Source of the DNA: Dehalococcoidia bacterium
GTDB taxonomy: Bacteria; Chloroflexota; Dehalococcoidia; UBA2979
Reading direction: 5' to 3'
Length of the DNA stretch: 64,000 nucleotides
Assembly: GCA_965219085.1 (NCBI GenBank)
Contig: OZ244720.1
Coordinates: forward strand, 3,146,885 to 3,210,884
A model generated the notes under the pieces. It had not been told where the DNA came from. It worked only from the letters and a program-made list of their open reading frames with translations, and searched no databases. Within the stretch, counting starts at the first letter, position 1. Every line of letters starts with the position of its first letter. Made by a program: the position numbers and the translations under genes. Below, one piece after another: positions 29,101-39,855 of the stretch.

Positions 29101-29864
29101 TCAGCTGTACGTCGCGAAGAGCGCGAGCTGTGAGCCGGGCGTCGGCTTCACGCGCCGCACGATGAGCCGCACCGCGCTGGCGTCCGCCATGTGCTGGAAC
29201 GGCGTGTACGTCGTCTCGGCGACAGCGGCGCCGCCCGGCAGCCAGTACGGGATCGGCGTCCAGTCCGCTTCCGGTATCGCCTCGATCAGCGTGCGTACGT
29301 TCGGCTGCTGGCGAATCGTGACCGAGAAGCGGACGTCCTGCTTGCGGCAGGCGGCGACGACCCCGTGGTTGTAGAAGCCGCTGTCGGCTCGCATCGTGAG
29401 CTGCCCGCTCGCCCCGGCGTCGCGGACCCGCGCCACCGTCTCACGCAGGAAGTGGGCGGCGCCGCGCCGGGTCCCGCTCCGGCCGCCCATGCGCGGGCGA
29501 GCAATGCGCGGCTGAGGCGGTCGAGCTGGCGGACGTGGCCCCAGCGGAAGCTGCGCAGGAAGGTCCCGAGGGTGGACGGCGCCTTCACGGTGCAGCCGAG
29601 CACGCGCCCGGCGCCGCCGGCGCGCATCGCATCGGCGTCGTCGATGCAGTCGCCGCCGGCGAGCGCCGAGGCGACCAGGGTCAGCAGCTTGTCGCCGGCG
29701 TTCGCCCGCCCCGGCGCGTCACCGAGGTCGAGATAGCGCTCGGCAAGATCGGGGAGACCGAGACGACCGGCGAGCGTGGCGGGGAGCAGCAGGCCCGCGT
29801 GGTCCACGAGGCGGTCGTCGTCGAAGGCGATGTCTATCCGGTCGGGGCTGCTCGCTGCTAGCAT
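29101..29864 (-). pseudogene. IS1380-family transposase remnant. Two frames; C-terminal half missing
   Basis: ORF 29286..29864 reads IDIAFDDDRLVDHAGLLLPATLAGRLGL (IS1380 N-terminus). ORF 29101..29490 reads LTMRADSGFYNHGVVAACRKQDVRFSVTIR (middle region). Confidence 0.5.
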
Positions 29865-30079
29865 CGAATGGTTGCTCCCTGTGGCTCGGACGTGATTCGT
29901 ACAAAACCATTGTCCCAGCTACAGCGAAGCACCCAACCTCAGCCGCTCATGAGCTCTTCTTCGGTGGATCAGGGGTAAGCAGCATTGCCTATGGCCGATC
30001 GAGGTCGCAGTCGCCCAGTCCCTGAGGCGGGGGGCCTTCGCATCGGCCTCCGACGAGGCGACCATCACGTCGCGGCTGT

Positions 30080-30571
30080 CTAGTCTCGGTGCAACCAGCG
30101 CAACGGCAGAAGTACGCCGCCCGCCTGGAACTCGTGGCCCTCCGGCGGTCGACGCTCGCCTGGCGTAACCGCGGTCCGGTCGACGTATACCTCGCCATCG
30201 CGGACCTCGACGGCAAGGCGATCGAGACCGCGCGGCAAGGAAACGCGCGGGTGCGTTTCGTGGCCCGCCAGGTCGTACGTGAACGGCCGGCATGTGTCGA
30301 GACACCAGCCCGTGCGGCCGTGGAGCGAGAAGTCCGGGCGGTACGCCACGACGCACTCAGGGTCGGGATGGGGAACCCTGGCGACCAGCGCTGGGAGCTT
30401 GCCGGCGTCAACACGAACGACGTGAAACGCCAACGGCTCGACGGCGTCGCCGAAGGGCGTGACCGAACCCGGAGGGAAGTCCTCGATGGAGCCCACGTCG
30501 ACCCATGGATCCTTGCCTATCCACACGACGTTCCAGACCGGCGCCCTGGCTGAGGCGGTGAGCAGGCGCAT
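30080..30571 (-). CDS. Hypothetical protein (163 aa), upstream of the NfeD-flotillin pair
   Basis: Coding-like ORF. Weak resemblance to small Rieske/NirD-like beta proteins but no Cys/His motif. Confidence 0.35.
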   Translation of the reverse strand: MRLLTASARAPVWNVVWIGKDPWVDVGSIEDFPPGSVTPFGDAVEPLAFHVVRVDAGKLPALVARVPHPDPECVVAYRPDFSLHGRTGWCLDTCRPFTYDLAGHETHPRVSLPRGLDRLAVEVRDGEVYVDRTAVTPGERRPPEGHEFQAGGVLLPLRWLHRD

Positions 30572-30659
30572 ATCGTCTGAGCAGAAATGCTGCCGGTGTC
30601 GCTACACTGGATGCCCAGCAACGACACCGCCCGGTGTCTGTCACACAAGGACGGCAGAG

Positions 30660-31217
30660 ATGGCCGAATGGTGGGAGGGGCTTACTGGCCCCCTCCAGGC
30701 GTTCTACATGATCGGGCTCGTCGCCGCCGCGTTGCTGGCCCTGCAGCTCCTGCTGCTCGCCTTCGGGTTCGGCGGCGATTTCGAGCTGGGTGACGATGCC
30801 GGACTCTCCGGGGCTGTGTCGTTCCGAGGGCTGACCGCGTTCTTCTTCGTGTTCGGCTGGGTCGGCGTGCTCATGGAGGAGACGAACGCGCCGCTCCCCG
30901 CCTCCGTGGCCGTTGCCGGCGTGGCCGGAGCGCTGGCCATGGCGGGTGCGGTCATCATGTGGCGCAAATTCGCCAGCCTCGAGGCGGACGGCTCTCTCGA
31001 CTACGCCACTGCGGTTGGAACCGTTGGGAGTGTCTACGTCACTGTTTCCGACGAACGCGCCCGCCCGGGGAAGATCATGGTCATGGTGCAGGGCCGGCTT
31101 CGGGAGGTGGCCGCCTTCGCGGAGCCAGGCAGTGGCGCAGTGGCGCCCGGAGCGCGCGTCGAAGTCGTCGACACCATCGACCCGTCCACCGTGCTGGTTC
31201 GCCCGCTCTCGGGTTGA
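30660..31217 (+). CDS. NfeD-like membrane protein (short form, OB-fold C-terminus), flotillin partner
   Basis: Three hydrophobic helices (LQAFYMIGLVAAALLALQLLLLAF..., LTAFFFVFGWVGVLM...), then a beta-rich tail GSVYVTVSDERARPGKIMVMVQGRLREVAAF. Sits immediately upstream of the flotillin. Confidence 0.7.
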   Translation: MAEWWEGLTGPLQAFYMIGLVAAALLALQLLLLAFGFGGDFELGDDAGLSGAVSFRGLTAFFFVFGWVGVLMEETNAPLPASVAVAGVAGALAMAGAVIMWRKFASLEADGSLDYATAVGTVGSVYVTVSDERARPGKIMVMVQGRLREVAAFAEPGSGAVAPGARVEVVDTIDPSTVLVRPLSG

Positions 31218-31270
31218 CGAGCCAAAACGTCGTCTCAGTCTGTGCGCACAGACACAGAAAGGAACCTCCT

Positions 31271-32731
31271 GTGGAAACTATCGTATTAGTGAGCGGGCTT
31301 GCCGCGATCGTGCTGATCGCCGTGCTATCCATCGCGTCGCGCTACAAGCGTTGCCCGTCAGACCGCGTGCTCGTCATCTACGGGCGCGTAGGCGAAGAGG
31401 GCGAATCGGCACGCTGCCTCCACGGCGGGGGCGCGCTGGTGTGGCCGATCGTTCAAGGGCACGAGTTCCTGGACCTCACCCCGCTGCCCATCGAGATCAA
31501 GTTGGAAGGCGCGCTGTCCCAGCAGAATATCCGGGTCAACACGCCGGCCACGTTCACTGTCGGCATCTCCACCGAGCCCGGCGTGATGCAGAACGCCGCC
31601 GAGCGGTTGCTGGGACTCGGATTGGATGATATCGAGAGCCTGGCCCAGGACATCATCTTCGGTCAGATGCGCGTGGTCATCGCCACGATGAACATCGAGG
31701 AGATCAACGCCGACCGAGAGAAGCTGATCACCAACATCACCGAATCGCTCGAGGTCGAGCTGGCCAAGGTCGGATTGCGCCTCATCAACGTCAACATTCA
31801 GGACGTGACCGACGCATCCGGCTACATCGACGCCCTTGGCCAGGAAGCTGCGGCGCGTGCCATCAATGACGCGAAGGTCAGGGTCGCCGAGCAGGAGCGC
31901 GACGGCGAGATCGGCGCCGCCGAAGCACATACCGCGCGCCGCGTGCGGGTCGCCCAGGAGAACGCGACCGCCACTGAGGGAGAGAACGAATCGCGAGTGG
32001 TTGTCGCCAATTCGGATAGTGCGCGCCGCCAGCAGGAGGCGGACGCCGAGCGGGGCGCGGTCGCTGCTGAGCGGGTGGCATCCGCAGCTGCCGAGGAAGA
32101 GTCGTTTGCCGCCGAGGCCACTGCCGAGGAAGCCCGCGCCGCGCGCGACAGGGCCACGCAGCACGCGGACTCCGTCGTTCCCGCTGAAGTGGAAAAGGAG
32201 CGGATTCGCGTCCTCGCCGAAGCCGCCGCCCTGCGTGTCAGCATCACCCAGGAGGGTGAAGCCACAGGCAACCTCAAGCTCATGGAAGCCGAGGCCGACG
32301 GCCAGAAGGCGATCCTGTCCAAGCGCGCCGAAGGCATCAAGGACCTCGTCGCGGCGGCGGGGAACAACCCCGGGGATGCCGTTCTGCTGCTGCTGGCCGA
32401 ACAAATGCCGGCTCTGGTGGAGCACCAGGCGAAGGCGATCTCCGGGATCGACATCGACAAGATCGTCGTCTGGGATAGCGGCGCATCCCGTGGCGCTGGC
32501 GCCAACGGCACCACCGCCGACTTCCTGCGCAGCTTCGGCGCCATTCTTCCCCCGCTCCACGAGCTCGCCGCGAGCGCCGGCATGGAACTGCCCGCGTTCC
32601 TCGGATCCGTCGCGCCGACCGATGGCGTCAATCCGCACGATCTCGCGGGAGCAGCGGACGGCGAAGGCGCCGACGGACCGGATGGCGACGACACGCTTGA
32701 TCGCATGGGAGCCGCGGACAACGACCAGTAG
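31271..32731 (+). CDS. Flotillin / SPFH (band 7) domain protein
   Basis: GTG start after GGAACCTCC. N-terminal TM region, an SPFH core (QQNIRVNTPATFTVGISTEP...IIFGQMRVVIATMNIEEINADREKL), then a long Ala/Glu-rich coiled-coil typical of flotillin/YqiK. Confidence 0.8.
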   Translation: METIVLVSGLAAIVLIAVLSIASRYKRCPSDRVLVIYGRVGEEGESARCLHGGGALVWPIVQGHEFLDLTPLPIEIKLEGALSQQNIRVNTPATFTVGISTEPGVMQNAAERLLGLGLDDIESLAQDIIFGQMRVVIATMNIEEINADREKLITNITESLEVELAKVGLRLINVNIQDVTDASGYIDALGQEAAARAINDAKVRVAEQERDGEIGAAEAHTARRVRVAQENATATEGENESRVVVANSDSARRQQEADAERGAVAAERVASAAAEEESFAAEATAEEARAARDRATQHADSVVPAEVEKERIRVLAEAAALRVSITQEGEATGNLKLMEAEADGQKAILSKRAEGIKDLVAAAGNNPGDAVLLLLAEQMPALVEHQAKAISGIDIDKIVVWDSGASRGAGANGTTADFLRSFGAILPPLHELAASAGMELPAFLGSVAPTDGVNPHDLAGAADGEGADGPDGDDTLDRMGAADNDQ

Positions 32732-32941
32732 ACAGCGTGCATCCATTTGCGTAGCCCCCTGCCGTGGTGTCTTCGCGGCAGGGCTACGCGAATCCCCTCG
32801 ACGAGCGATGACGCCGAGAGGCGCAATCCCGCGGGCGGGCCGGCCGAGCAAAGGCATCCGTAAGGCGGACCATCGCACCACCTCGGTCCACCAAAAGACC
32901 GGCAGCGACGGCGCACCAAGACCGGCAGCGACGGCGCACCG

Positions 32942-33140
32942 CTACCGGCTCCCTGTCGCAGCGCTTGGCTTACCTCCAACCGCCCAGAGGTCGTGGAAGT
33001 CCTTCATCCGTGTGTTCGTGATGGCCAGGCGGACCATCGTCTCGAACTTCTCGGCCGCGACCGTCTCGCGTGGGGACGTCCTCAGCCGTGGGGCGGGAAA
33101 GTCGAGGAGTGTTGGGAATTCGGCCTCGATCGCGCTTGGA
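32942..33140 (-). pseudogene. C-terminal fragment of an AbiEii-type nucleotidyltransferase toxin
   Basis: PSAIEAEFPTLLDFPAPRLRTSPRETVAAEKFETMVRLAITNTRMKDFHDLWAV matches the AbiEii C-terminal block (..AEKl.al..R...RDlyDL). Upstream frames are noise. Confidence 0.4.
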
Positions 33141-33735
33141 GTCACGCCGGATCGTTCTCCACCGCGGCGAGGCTCGCCGCACGGCCGCGCTCGGCCCGGC
33201 CACACCGCTACGATCACCGCCACTGTCACGCCGCCATCGGAGGCCTTCCTCCCATCAGCCGTATCGACAACCCGCCAGAGCACCCGCCCAGGGGGCGACC
33301 TCCTCCTCGATGAGATCGTCGGCGATGCCGGCGACGCCACTGATGAACCCGGCATCGGCCCCGCCGGGCGCCGCCGGGCGCATACGCTATTGCCCGCTGG
33401 CGGTGCGGCAGCGGCTCCATCGCCCCACCGGCGGCGGTCTCGGCCGCGGCCGTGAGTCCACAACCAGCCAGATGAGCGGGCGCTCGCGCCTGTCATCGAT
33501 CCCAGCGATGAACGCTCAGGCGCCCACGAGGAACGAGAGCGCCACTGTCACGAGACATACAAGGAATTGCCGGGACCAGCGATCCGTGAACGTCTGCTGA
33601 GCTTTCGCTGCGGCGCGCGGGTGCAGACCCCACTCGATGTCGAGCATCGCCTTCACGTCCACTGATGCCGCGCCTTGACGCGCACTCGGCGGCTTTGTCT
33701 GCGGCCCGGCCGGGGGGCCGCTCCGATCAGCCGGA

Positions 33736-34280
33736 CTACGGGAGCCGGAAGGACCGTATTTCGATGGTCACGACCGCACCATCGCGATAGCCGTAGATCT
33801 CCATGAAGCCGGAAGTCACGTCTCCTGCGGCGTTCCAGTCGAGCGGGGTTGCTGCGCCCTCGTAGTTGATGTGCTGGCCGCTCCGGACAGCGTTGAGAGC
33901 AGCCTGGACGCCTGCGGCATCGGCTATGAACACGCTGCCCGGAGGCCCTGAGATGCGCACAAGCTGGTCGCGGATGGCGGCGCCGTCAGTCGAGCCCGCG
34001 GCCTCGGCGGCGAGGGCGATCGCGACCACGGCAGCGACCCCTTCCAGCCAGACATCTCCTTGGCGGTCCAGTCGCCATAGATGCGGCGCGTTGTCACGGT
34101 GCCGTACTTGGCAGCCCCGGCCAGCACGTGCTCCACGGACCAGTGCGATACGAGGATGACCCCTTCGAAGTTCTTTCCAAGGAACCGCCCGAGGCTGACA
34201 GCGACCGCCTCGGCGTCGATACGGCCGCTCAAGCCGAGGTCTTGCCGCAGCGCGGCGCCCCGTTGCTGCGCCCGGTTCAT
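33736..34280 (-). pseudogene. Fragments of a LivJ-like branched-chain amino-acid ABC substrate-binding protein
   Basis: ORF 33736..34029 reads TDGAAIRDQLVRISGPPGSVF...INYEGAATPLDWNAAGDV (type I periplasmic binding-protein C-terminus). ORF 33924..34280 holds the preceding region in another frame. Confidence 0.45.
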
Positions 34281-34359
34281 CCCGCGCCTCGCGGCTTCCA
34301 GTCGTCGGGATCCGTTGCGCGGAACTCGATGATAGCTGCGGTCACGTCAGTCCGTGCGC

Positions 34360-35767
34360 TCAGTGCACACGGTCTCTGCGCCGCGGAGTCACCGATGCCC
34401 GCGCAACCCATTGGGCGACCGAGTTCTCGGCGCCAGCGTCCCCGCCTGCGTCGACTACAGGCGGCCCGTCACTCCTGGCGACTAACGGCGCCATGGGGGG
34501 CAGACCGTCGGCAAACAGCTCGATGAATTCGCGATTCACGAAGTCCGGCGCTCCGAGGATGTAGGACACCCACTCCCCCTCGGCGAGGGCATAGAGGGCC
34601 GAGACGCCGAGCGCAGTCCTCAAGTGACTCGATGCTGCCGCCCCCGTAGACGACGAAGCTGAAGCCGATCGTGATCTCGCCGTGCGGGCAACTCGACCCC
34701 CGCAGGATCACGCGCTCCTTGTCGGTGACAGCGCCGGTGAAGGGATCCGCACTTGGAGGCCCGTTGCTCCCGGCGATTAGCGGCGTCACGGGCGGGATAC
34801 CGTCCGCGTACAGCTCGCGGAAGTCCGCGTTCACGAAGTCGGGCGCGCCGACGATGTAGGGCGCGTAGACGCCGTTATCCAGCACATAGACGGCTACGAC
34901 GTACCTGTTCACGGCGCAGACCACGAAGTCCTCAAGGCCGCCCCCTTTGTAGATGCCAAGACTGAAGCCCTCGAGCACATCGCCGCGGAAGCAGTCGGAG
35001 GCGGGGTCGCCAGGCGCTTCGTGCGCTGGACCGCACACGGTAGACACGCGTGCGATTCCCGTCGGCCGAGGTCACGGTGACGGTGATCTCGGAGCCCGCC
35101 GCCAAGGGCACCTGGTGGCCGTTCTCCGGGTCCTGGTCGGCATCCGAAGGTCTGATCACGACCGTCGCCCGGCGCTGCGTTGCCTCTGCCTCCACCGTCG
35201 TGGAGGACCCGATCGTCCGGAACGGCCCGTCCCCGCAAGTTGTGACGTACCGCATCCAGTTGCGCCGGCGTCCGAATCTCGATCAGCCCATCCCCGTCAC
35301 TGTCGTAGTCCTTACCCACGGTCACGGTGAATCGCTGCGTTGCGCTCGAGTTGGACCCGCTCGCGTCTGTCGCCGAGACCGTGATGATCGACCGGCCCGC
35401 GGCGCCCGGCGTGATCGTGACCATCGAGATCGACACGCTCACCGTGGCGACGGAGGTCGAGGATGACGACGCCGTGTACGTCAGTGCGTCGCCGTCCGGC
35501 CCCTGAACGCGGCCGACACGTCCACCACGACCGCGCTGGCGCCCAGAAGGAGCGTGCGGTCAGGCGGCCGCCGCTCAACGAAGGCCGCGGTCCGAACCCG
35601 ACGACACAGCTCCCCGTGCTCCCAGAATCACCGGTGGTGGTTGTGGGCGGCACCGAGCCACGTCTGCCGGGCCTCCGTGGTCGTCGCCAGCCCTGAGCGT
35701 CGCTGCGCCCGTTCGTCATGCCATCGACATTGGGCTGGTAGCCGCGGTTGAGTAGAGCGCTGCTCAC
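34360..35767 (-). pseudogene. Fragmented surface-protein gene: Ig-like domain, a DSDGDGLIEI motif, and two copies of the unclassified C-terminal module shared with the giant adhesin
   Basis: ORFs 35312..35767, 34909..35442, 34469..35047 and 34360..34623 carry successive pieces in different frames. Examples: ISMVTITPGAAGRSIITVSATDASGSNSSATQRFTVTV; CFRGDVLEGFSLGIYKGGGLEDF...VYAPYIVGAPDFVNADFRELYADGIPPVTPLIAGSNGPP. Confidence 0.4.
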
Positions 35768-36630
35768 GGCGTCCTAGCAGAACAAGAGCGTGCGAACGCC
35801 TGAGGGTGTCCGCCTCGCGGGCGCGGCCGACACAGTGGTTCCCCCGATTGTTGCGATCGCGCGTGGCCTGGCACCGGGGGTAGGTTCGCCGGCATTGTGC
35901 GTCCGAATCCGGTCGACGCTGCCGAGCAGGGGCTCGGGGCCGCCATCGGGCGCCCGGCGCTGATTGCGGACGAGCTCGCGCAGGGGGTGCTGGTTCCCGT
36001 GCTCGAGCAGCAGGCCGACGCCCCCGAGCGCTGCTGCCTCATCACCACCGCAGGCCCGCGGCGCAAACCAGAAGTCCAAGGCGTTCCGCCGGTGGATCAT
36101 CGAGCAAGCCCAATCCCCGACGCATCCAACGCGAGCACCTGTAGCCCGCAGCCCAGCACCCCGCCGCACCCCCAACGCAGTCCGCCAGCTGACACCAGCC
36201 CGCGATACGAGCCGACAGCCAAGTAGGCACCCGTGCGGGGCGCGGGCGCCGCGGTGCAGCTCTCCCGGGCTCGATGATCTCCCTTGTTCGCGGGAACTCG
36301 CTCGTCTCGCTGGCCAAGGCTGCATTGGCCTGTGACCGATATATCTTATGTCATTGACCACGCGCATGTCCTCCTGTCCGATTCCTTCCGCGCAAGCGTT
36401 CCTGCGGGCCGAGTCGTGGAGGTTCCAGAGGTGCGTTCCAGGCGAACCCCGACCTGGGGCCTACCTCAGAAAGCGGGGTCAGCGGCAGCGCGTCCAGCGC
36501 CACCGTGCCTGCCGCCTGTAGCAGGATCAGTGGGTTGGCCGCACAGGATTTGAGCGACCCGAGCCGGCAATGCGCGACCTGTCTGTCCTGAGCTTCACCG
36601 ACTACCCCAGCGGCTCTGCTGTGCTAGTCG

Positions 36631-38610
36631 ATGATTCGGCGATCCAGATCATCACGACTGAACCAGGACCCACCTAATGGGCCAACCATCTTTGCGGGAG
36701 ATTATGCGCACATCAACTCCGTCCAATTGATCGATGGCCAGATCGTCACCTCGCTGCGTGGGTGTTCGAAGGTGCTGGGTATCGATGCGGAAAGCGGTGA
36801 CGTGTTATGGCGGGTCGGCCGGAGCAACCTGAGCGAGGAGAAATGAGTCGCTCGCGACATCGGCCCAGCGTCGCTGTCCGTCGTCAACGATCCCGTGGGC
36901 GACTTCTGCGGACAGCACGCGGCCCAGATTCTGCCAAACGGCAACCTCCTGCTGTATGACAACGGTGTTGAGTGCGTGTTCAGTCCATGGACGTTCGTTA
37001 GGATTGGCCGGGAGGGTAATGAGTACAGCCGGGCCGTGGAGTACGCGCTGGACTTCGTACACAACGAAGCCGTCTTTATGAGGGAGCACTCTCAGGACGG
37101 GGCGAAGAGCTACCTCGGATATTCCTCGGGCGGGGTCTCTGGGTTGCCCAATGGAGACTGGCTGATCCACTGGGGGTGGGTGGCGCCGAACGTCACCAGA
37201 TCGGCAACAGCGGTCACCCAGGTCGATCCTGCGACGGGCGAAGAGGAAGTTCGAGCTCCGGATCACCGACGCGAGCATGGACGAGCGAGACCGTCAGGCC
37301 GTTTCCCGCACGCCCGCCGAAGCACTGGCGCCGCAGCCGCAGCCGCTCGGGGCGACGCTGCCCCCGAGCGCTTTCACTTCGGTCTTCCACACCGGCACGA
37401 GCGACTCGCCGCAGGTCGCGGTCGCTTTCAACCGGCCCGTGGTCGACTTCGCCGCCGCCACGCCGTCGGTCACGGTCAGCGGCGCGAGCGTCAGCTCCCA
37501 CGTCGTGGTCGGCGAAGCGGCCAACGCCTACATCTTCACGCTGACTCCAACGGGCAGTGGCGACATCACCTTCAGCCTGGTCGCGAACACGCCCTGCGAC
37601 CCTGACGGCATCTGCACCGCGGACGGCGCGGTGCTTTCCGAGGTTCCCGCGCCCCTGGTGATCCAGCCGCAGCCGACACTGAGCCTGACGGCCGATAGCA
37701 CCGCAATCGCAGAGGCCGACGGGGGTGTAGCCGCGATCACCAACGGCATCACCCCCCCGACCCGCAGCAGATCGTGCTCTCCTTATCGGGCAGCGCCACG
37801 GCGGGCAGGGACTTCACCTTCACCGACGCTGGGGGCCGGACGTTCACGAACCCCTTCTTGCTCAAGCTGCCGAGCGGGCAGAGCTCAGTCACGGGCGTCA
37901 TCACCGCCGTCAACGACAGCCGCGACGAGGGCGATGAGACGATCAGCGTCGAGGCCACCTACGCGGGGGCCACGATCGGCTCTGCGGTCACCGTGACCGC
38001 CAGCGACGATGACGCTGCGCCGGGGCCCGAGTTGGAGTCGCTCGCAGTTACGACGCCCTCGAGCCGGTCACTGTATCCGTCGTTCGACCCCGGCGTGCTC
38101 CACTATGCGGTTGGCTGCGAGAGTGTGGACCACGTTCTGCAGCTGAGCCTGTCGGCGAAGGACGCCGCTGTGCGACTCGCCGTCGACAGCATCCAGAGCG
38201 CGAGCCGCGATGCCACGGTCAGGCGAAGCGGCCTGCACGCTGAGAGCGACATCGTGATCAGCCTCAGCGATGGTAGTGGCCAACATCGGACATACACGGT
38301 GCACTGTCTCGACGACGACTTCCCCCAGGTCCGAGTGGAGAGACAGCCGCGAGCCTGGGACGGATTGTTGATGGGGACGTATGGCCCAGGCAGGAACGCC
38401 AGTTGGGCGTACTTGTGGATGATGGACAACAACGGCGTCCCCTGGCTTCGCCAGCGGCTTCCGAGCAGCCACGGCAGCCAATTTCAATTATCTTGGGAAC
38501 GGTACGTATCCGTACGGGTACGTCGCCCGGGACACTACCACCGGTCTTCACGCGCAGTTGCTGGACGAGCATCTGCAACCTGCGGTCAAGGTGACGACGG
38601 GTGATGGGCA
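36631..38610 (+). pseudogene. Frameshifted 5' portion of a giant surface adhesin-like gene. The domain set is duplicated after the IS3
   Basis: Arylsulfotransferase-like beta-propeller piece: ILPNGNLLLYDNG. Ig-like: NRPVVDFAAATPSVTVSGASV...FTLTPTGSGDITFSLVANTPCDPDGICTADG. Calx-beta: SGSATAGRDFTFTDAGG...NDSRDEGDETISVEATYAGATIGSAVTVTASDDD. Cadherin-like beta sandwich (PF12733-like): LESLAVTTPSSRSLYPSFDPGVLHYAVGC...TYTVHC. Ends with the N-terminal half of another propeller cut by IS3. Pieces lie in ORFs 36631.., 36895.., 37277.., 37774.. Confidence 0.45.
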
Positions 38611-38641
38611 TGTGACCGGACCCCCTTCGCGAGTCCACCGC

Positions 38642-39466
38642 TTATGAGAGTCCAGCGTGTAGCTGAGTCTCCCAGCGCTCGGCGTAGGCAGCCGGAGCGA
38701 GCCAGCCCAGGCTGCTATGCGGGCGCTTCGTGTTGTACTCGATCCGCCAGTCCTCGAGCAGCACCTGCGCCTCAAGCAGGCTGTCGAACTGCTCGACCGC
38801 CAGGAACTCGTCGCGCAGCCGGCCGTTGAACGACTCCACGTATGGGTTCTCCCACGGCGCACCGGGCTCGATGTAGCTGCTGCCCGTGCCGCTGAACCGG
38901 CACCAGTCGCGCAGCGCGTTGGCCGTGAGCTCGGGCCCATTGTCGCAACGGATGTACCCAGGCGCCGTCCCGCGCCGGGCGACGATCCCGTCGAGCGTTG
39001 AGGCCGTGGCGTCGGCGTTGATGCTCCTGGCGGCCACGATCGCCAGCGCCTCCCGTGTGTGCTCGTCGACGATGTTGAGCAGCTTCAGGACCCGCCCGTC
39101 CGCGGTCTGGTCGAACTGGAATTCCAGCGCCCAGACGTGGTTCGGCCGCTCAGCGCGCAGCCTGGCGGCGGGCACCGCCGAGTCCCCCAGGCGCTGACGC
39201 TTGCGTCGTTTCACCGGGACGCGCAGCCCTTCCTCACGCCAGAGCCGTTGCACCCGCTTGCGATTCACGCCCCATCCCTCCTCGCGTAAGGTCGCCCAGG
39301 CCCGGCGGTAGCCCCAGCGGGGGTGGCCACGCGAGAAGGCGTGGAGTTCCGCGCGCAGCGCGTCGTCGCCGCGGCCGCGCGTCGGGAGGCGGCGCTGTGT
39401 GGAGCGGTGCTGGCCGGTGACCCGGCATGCCCGCCGTTCCGACAACTCGAGGCGGTCCTGCAACAT
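38642..39466 (-). CDS. IS3-family transposase OrfB (DDE integrase catalytic domain)
   Basis: HVWALEFQFDQTADGRVLKLLNIVDEHTREALAI...YIRCDNGPELT...RPHSSLGWLAPAAY matches the rve-domain D, D(35)E pattern. Overlaps orfA in the -1 frame. Confidence 0.85.
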   Translation of the reverse strand: MLQDRLELSERRACRVTGQHRSTQRRLPTRGRGDDALRAELHAFSRGHPRWGYRRAWATLREEGWGVNRKRVQRLWREEGLRVPVKRRKRQRLGDSAVPAARLRAERPNHVWALEFQFDQTADGRVLKLLNIVDEHTREALAIVAARSINADATASTLDGIVARRGTAPGYIRCDNGPELTANALRDWCRFSGTGSSYIEPGAPWENPYVESFNGRLRDEFLAVEQFDSLLEAQVLLEDWRIEYNTKRPHSSLGWLAPAAYAERWETQLHAGLS

Positions 39467-39495
39467 GCAGACTGCCTCGCGCCGGCGCGACGGGC

Positions 39496-39774
39496 TTACC
39501 AGTTTCCCCGGGCGATCTCCTTGAGCGCGTCGATCTCGAGTTCCTTGTCGGCGACGATCCGCTTCAGCCGGGCGTTCTCGCGTTCCAGCTCGCGCAGCCG
39601 TTTGGCGTCGTCGGCCTTCATCGCGCCGTACTGGTTGCGCCAGCGGTGGTAGGTCTGCTCCGAGATCTCGACCTGCTTCGCCGCCTCGGCGATCGTCTGC
39701 CCCTCACCGAGCAGCCGCTCCACCTCGCGCAGCTTGCGCACGATCTGCTCGGGCGTGTGCCTGCGTCGTTTCAC
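39496..39774 (-). CDS. IS3-family transposase OrfA (HTH)
   Basis: MKRRRHTPEQIVRKLREVERLLGEGQTIAEAAKQVEISEQTYHRWRNQYG, then a leucine-zipper coiled coil. Confidence 0.8.
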   Translation of the reverse strand: MKRRRHTPEQIVRKLREVERLLGEGQTIAEAAKQVEISEQTYHRWRNQYGAMKADDAKRLRELERENARLKRIVADKELEIDALKEIARGNW

Positions 39775-39855
39775 CGTGATGTCCTCCTCTGCCCACTTTC
39801 ATGGGCCAAAGGACTCTCATCAACGGTGGTCCCGTTTCAAGGGGTCGGGTCACAT

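Larger units (their letters stand above)
38611..39855. mobile_element. IS3-family insertion sequence, intact, inserted inside the adhesin gene
   Basis: Imperfect roughly 40-bp inverted repeats TGTGACC(G/C)GACCCC...CCACCG.T.ATGAGAGTCC at both ends (38611.. and reverse complement at ..39855), around an orfA/orfB pair in -1 frameshift arrangement. Confidence 0.75.
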
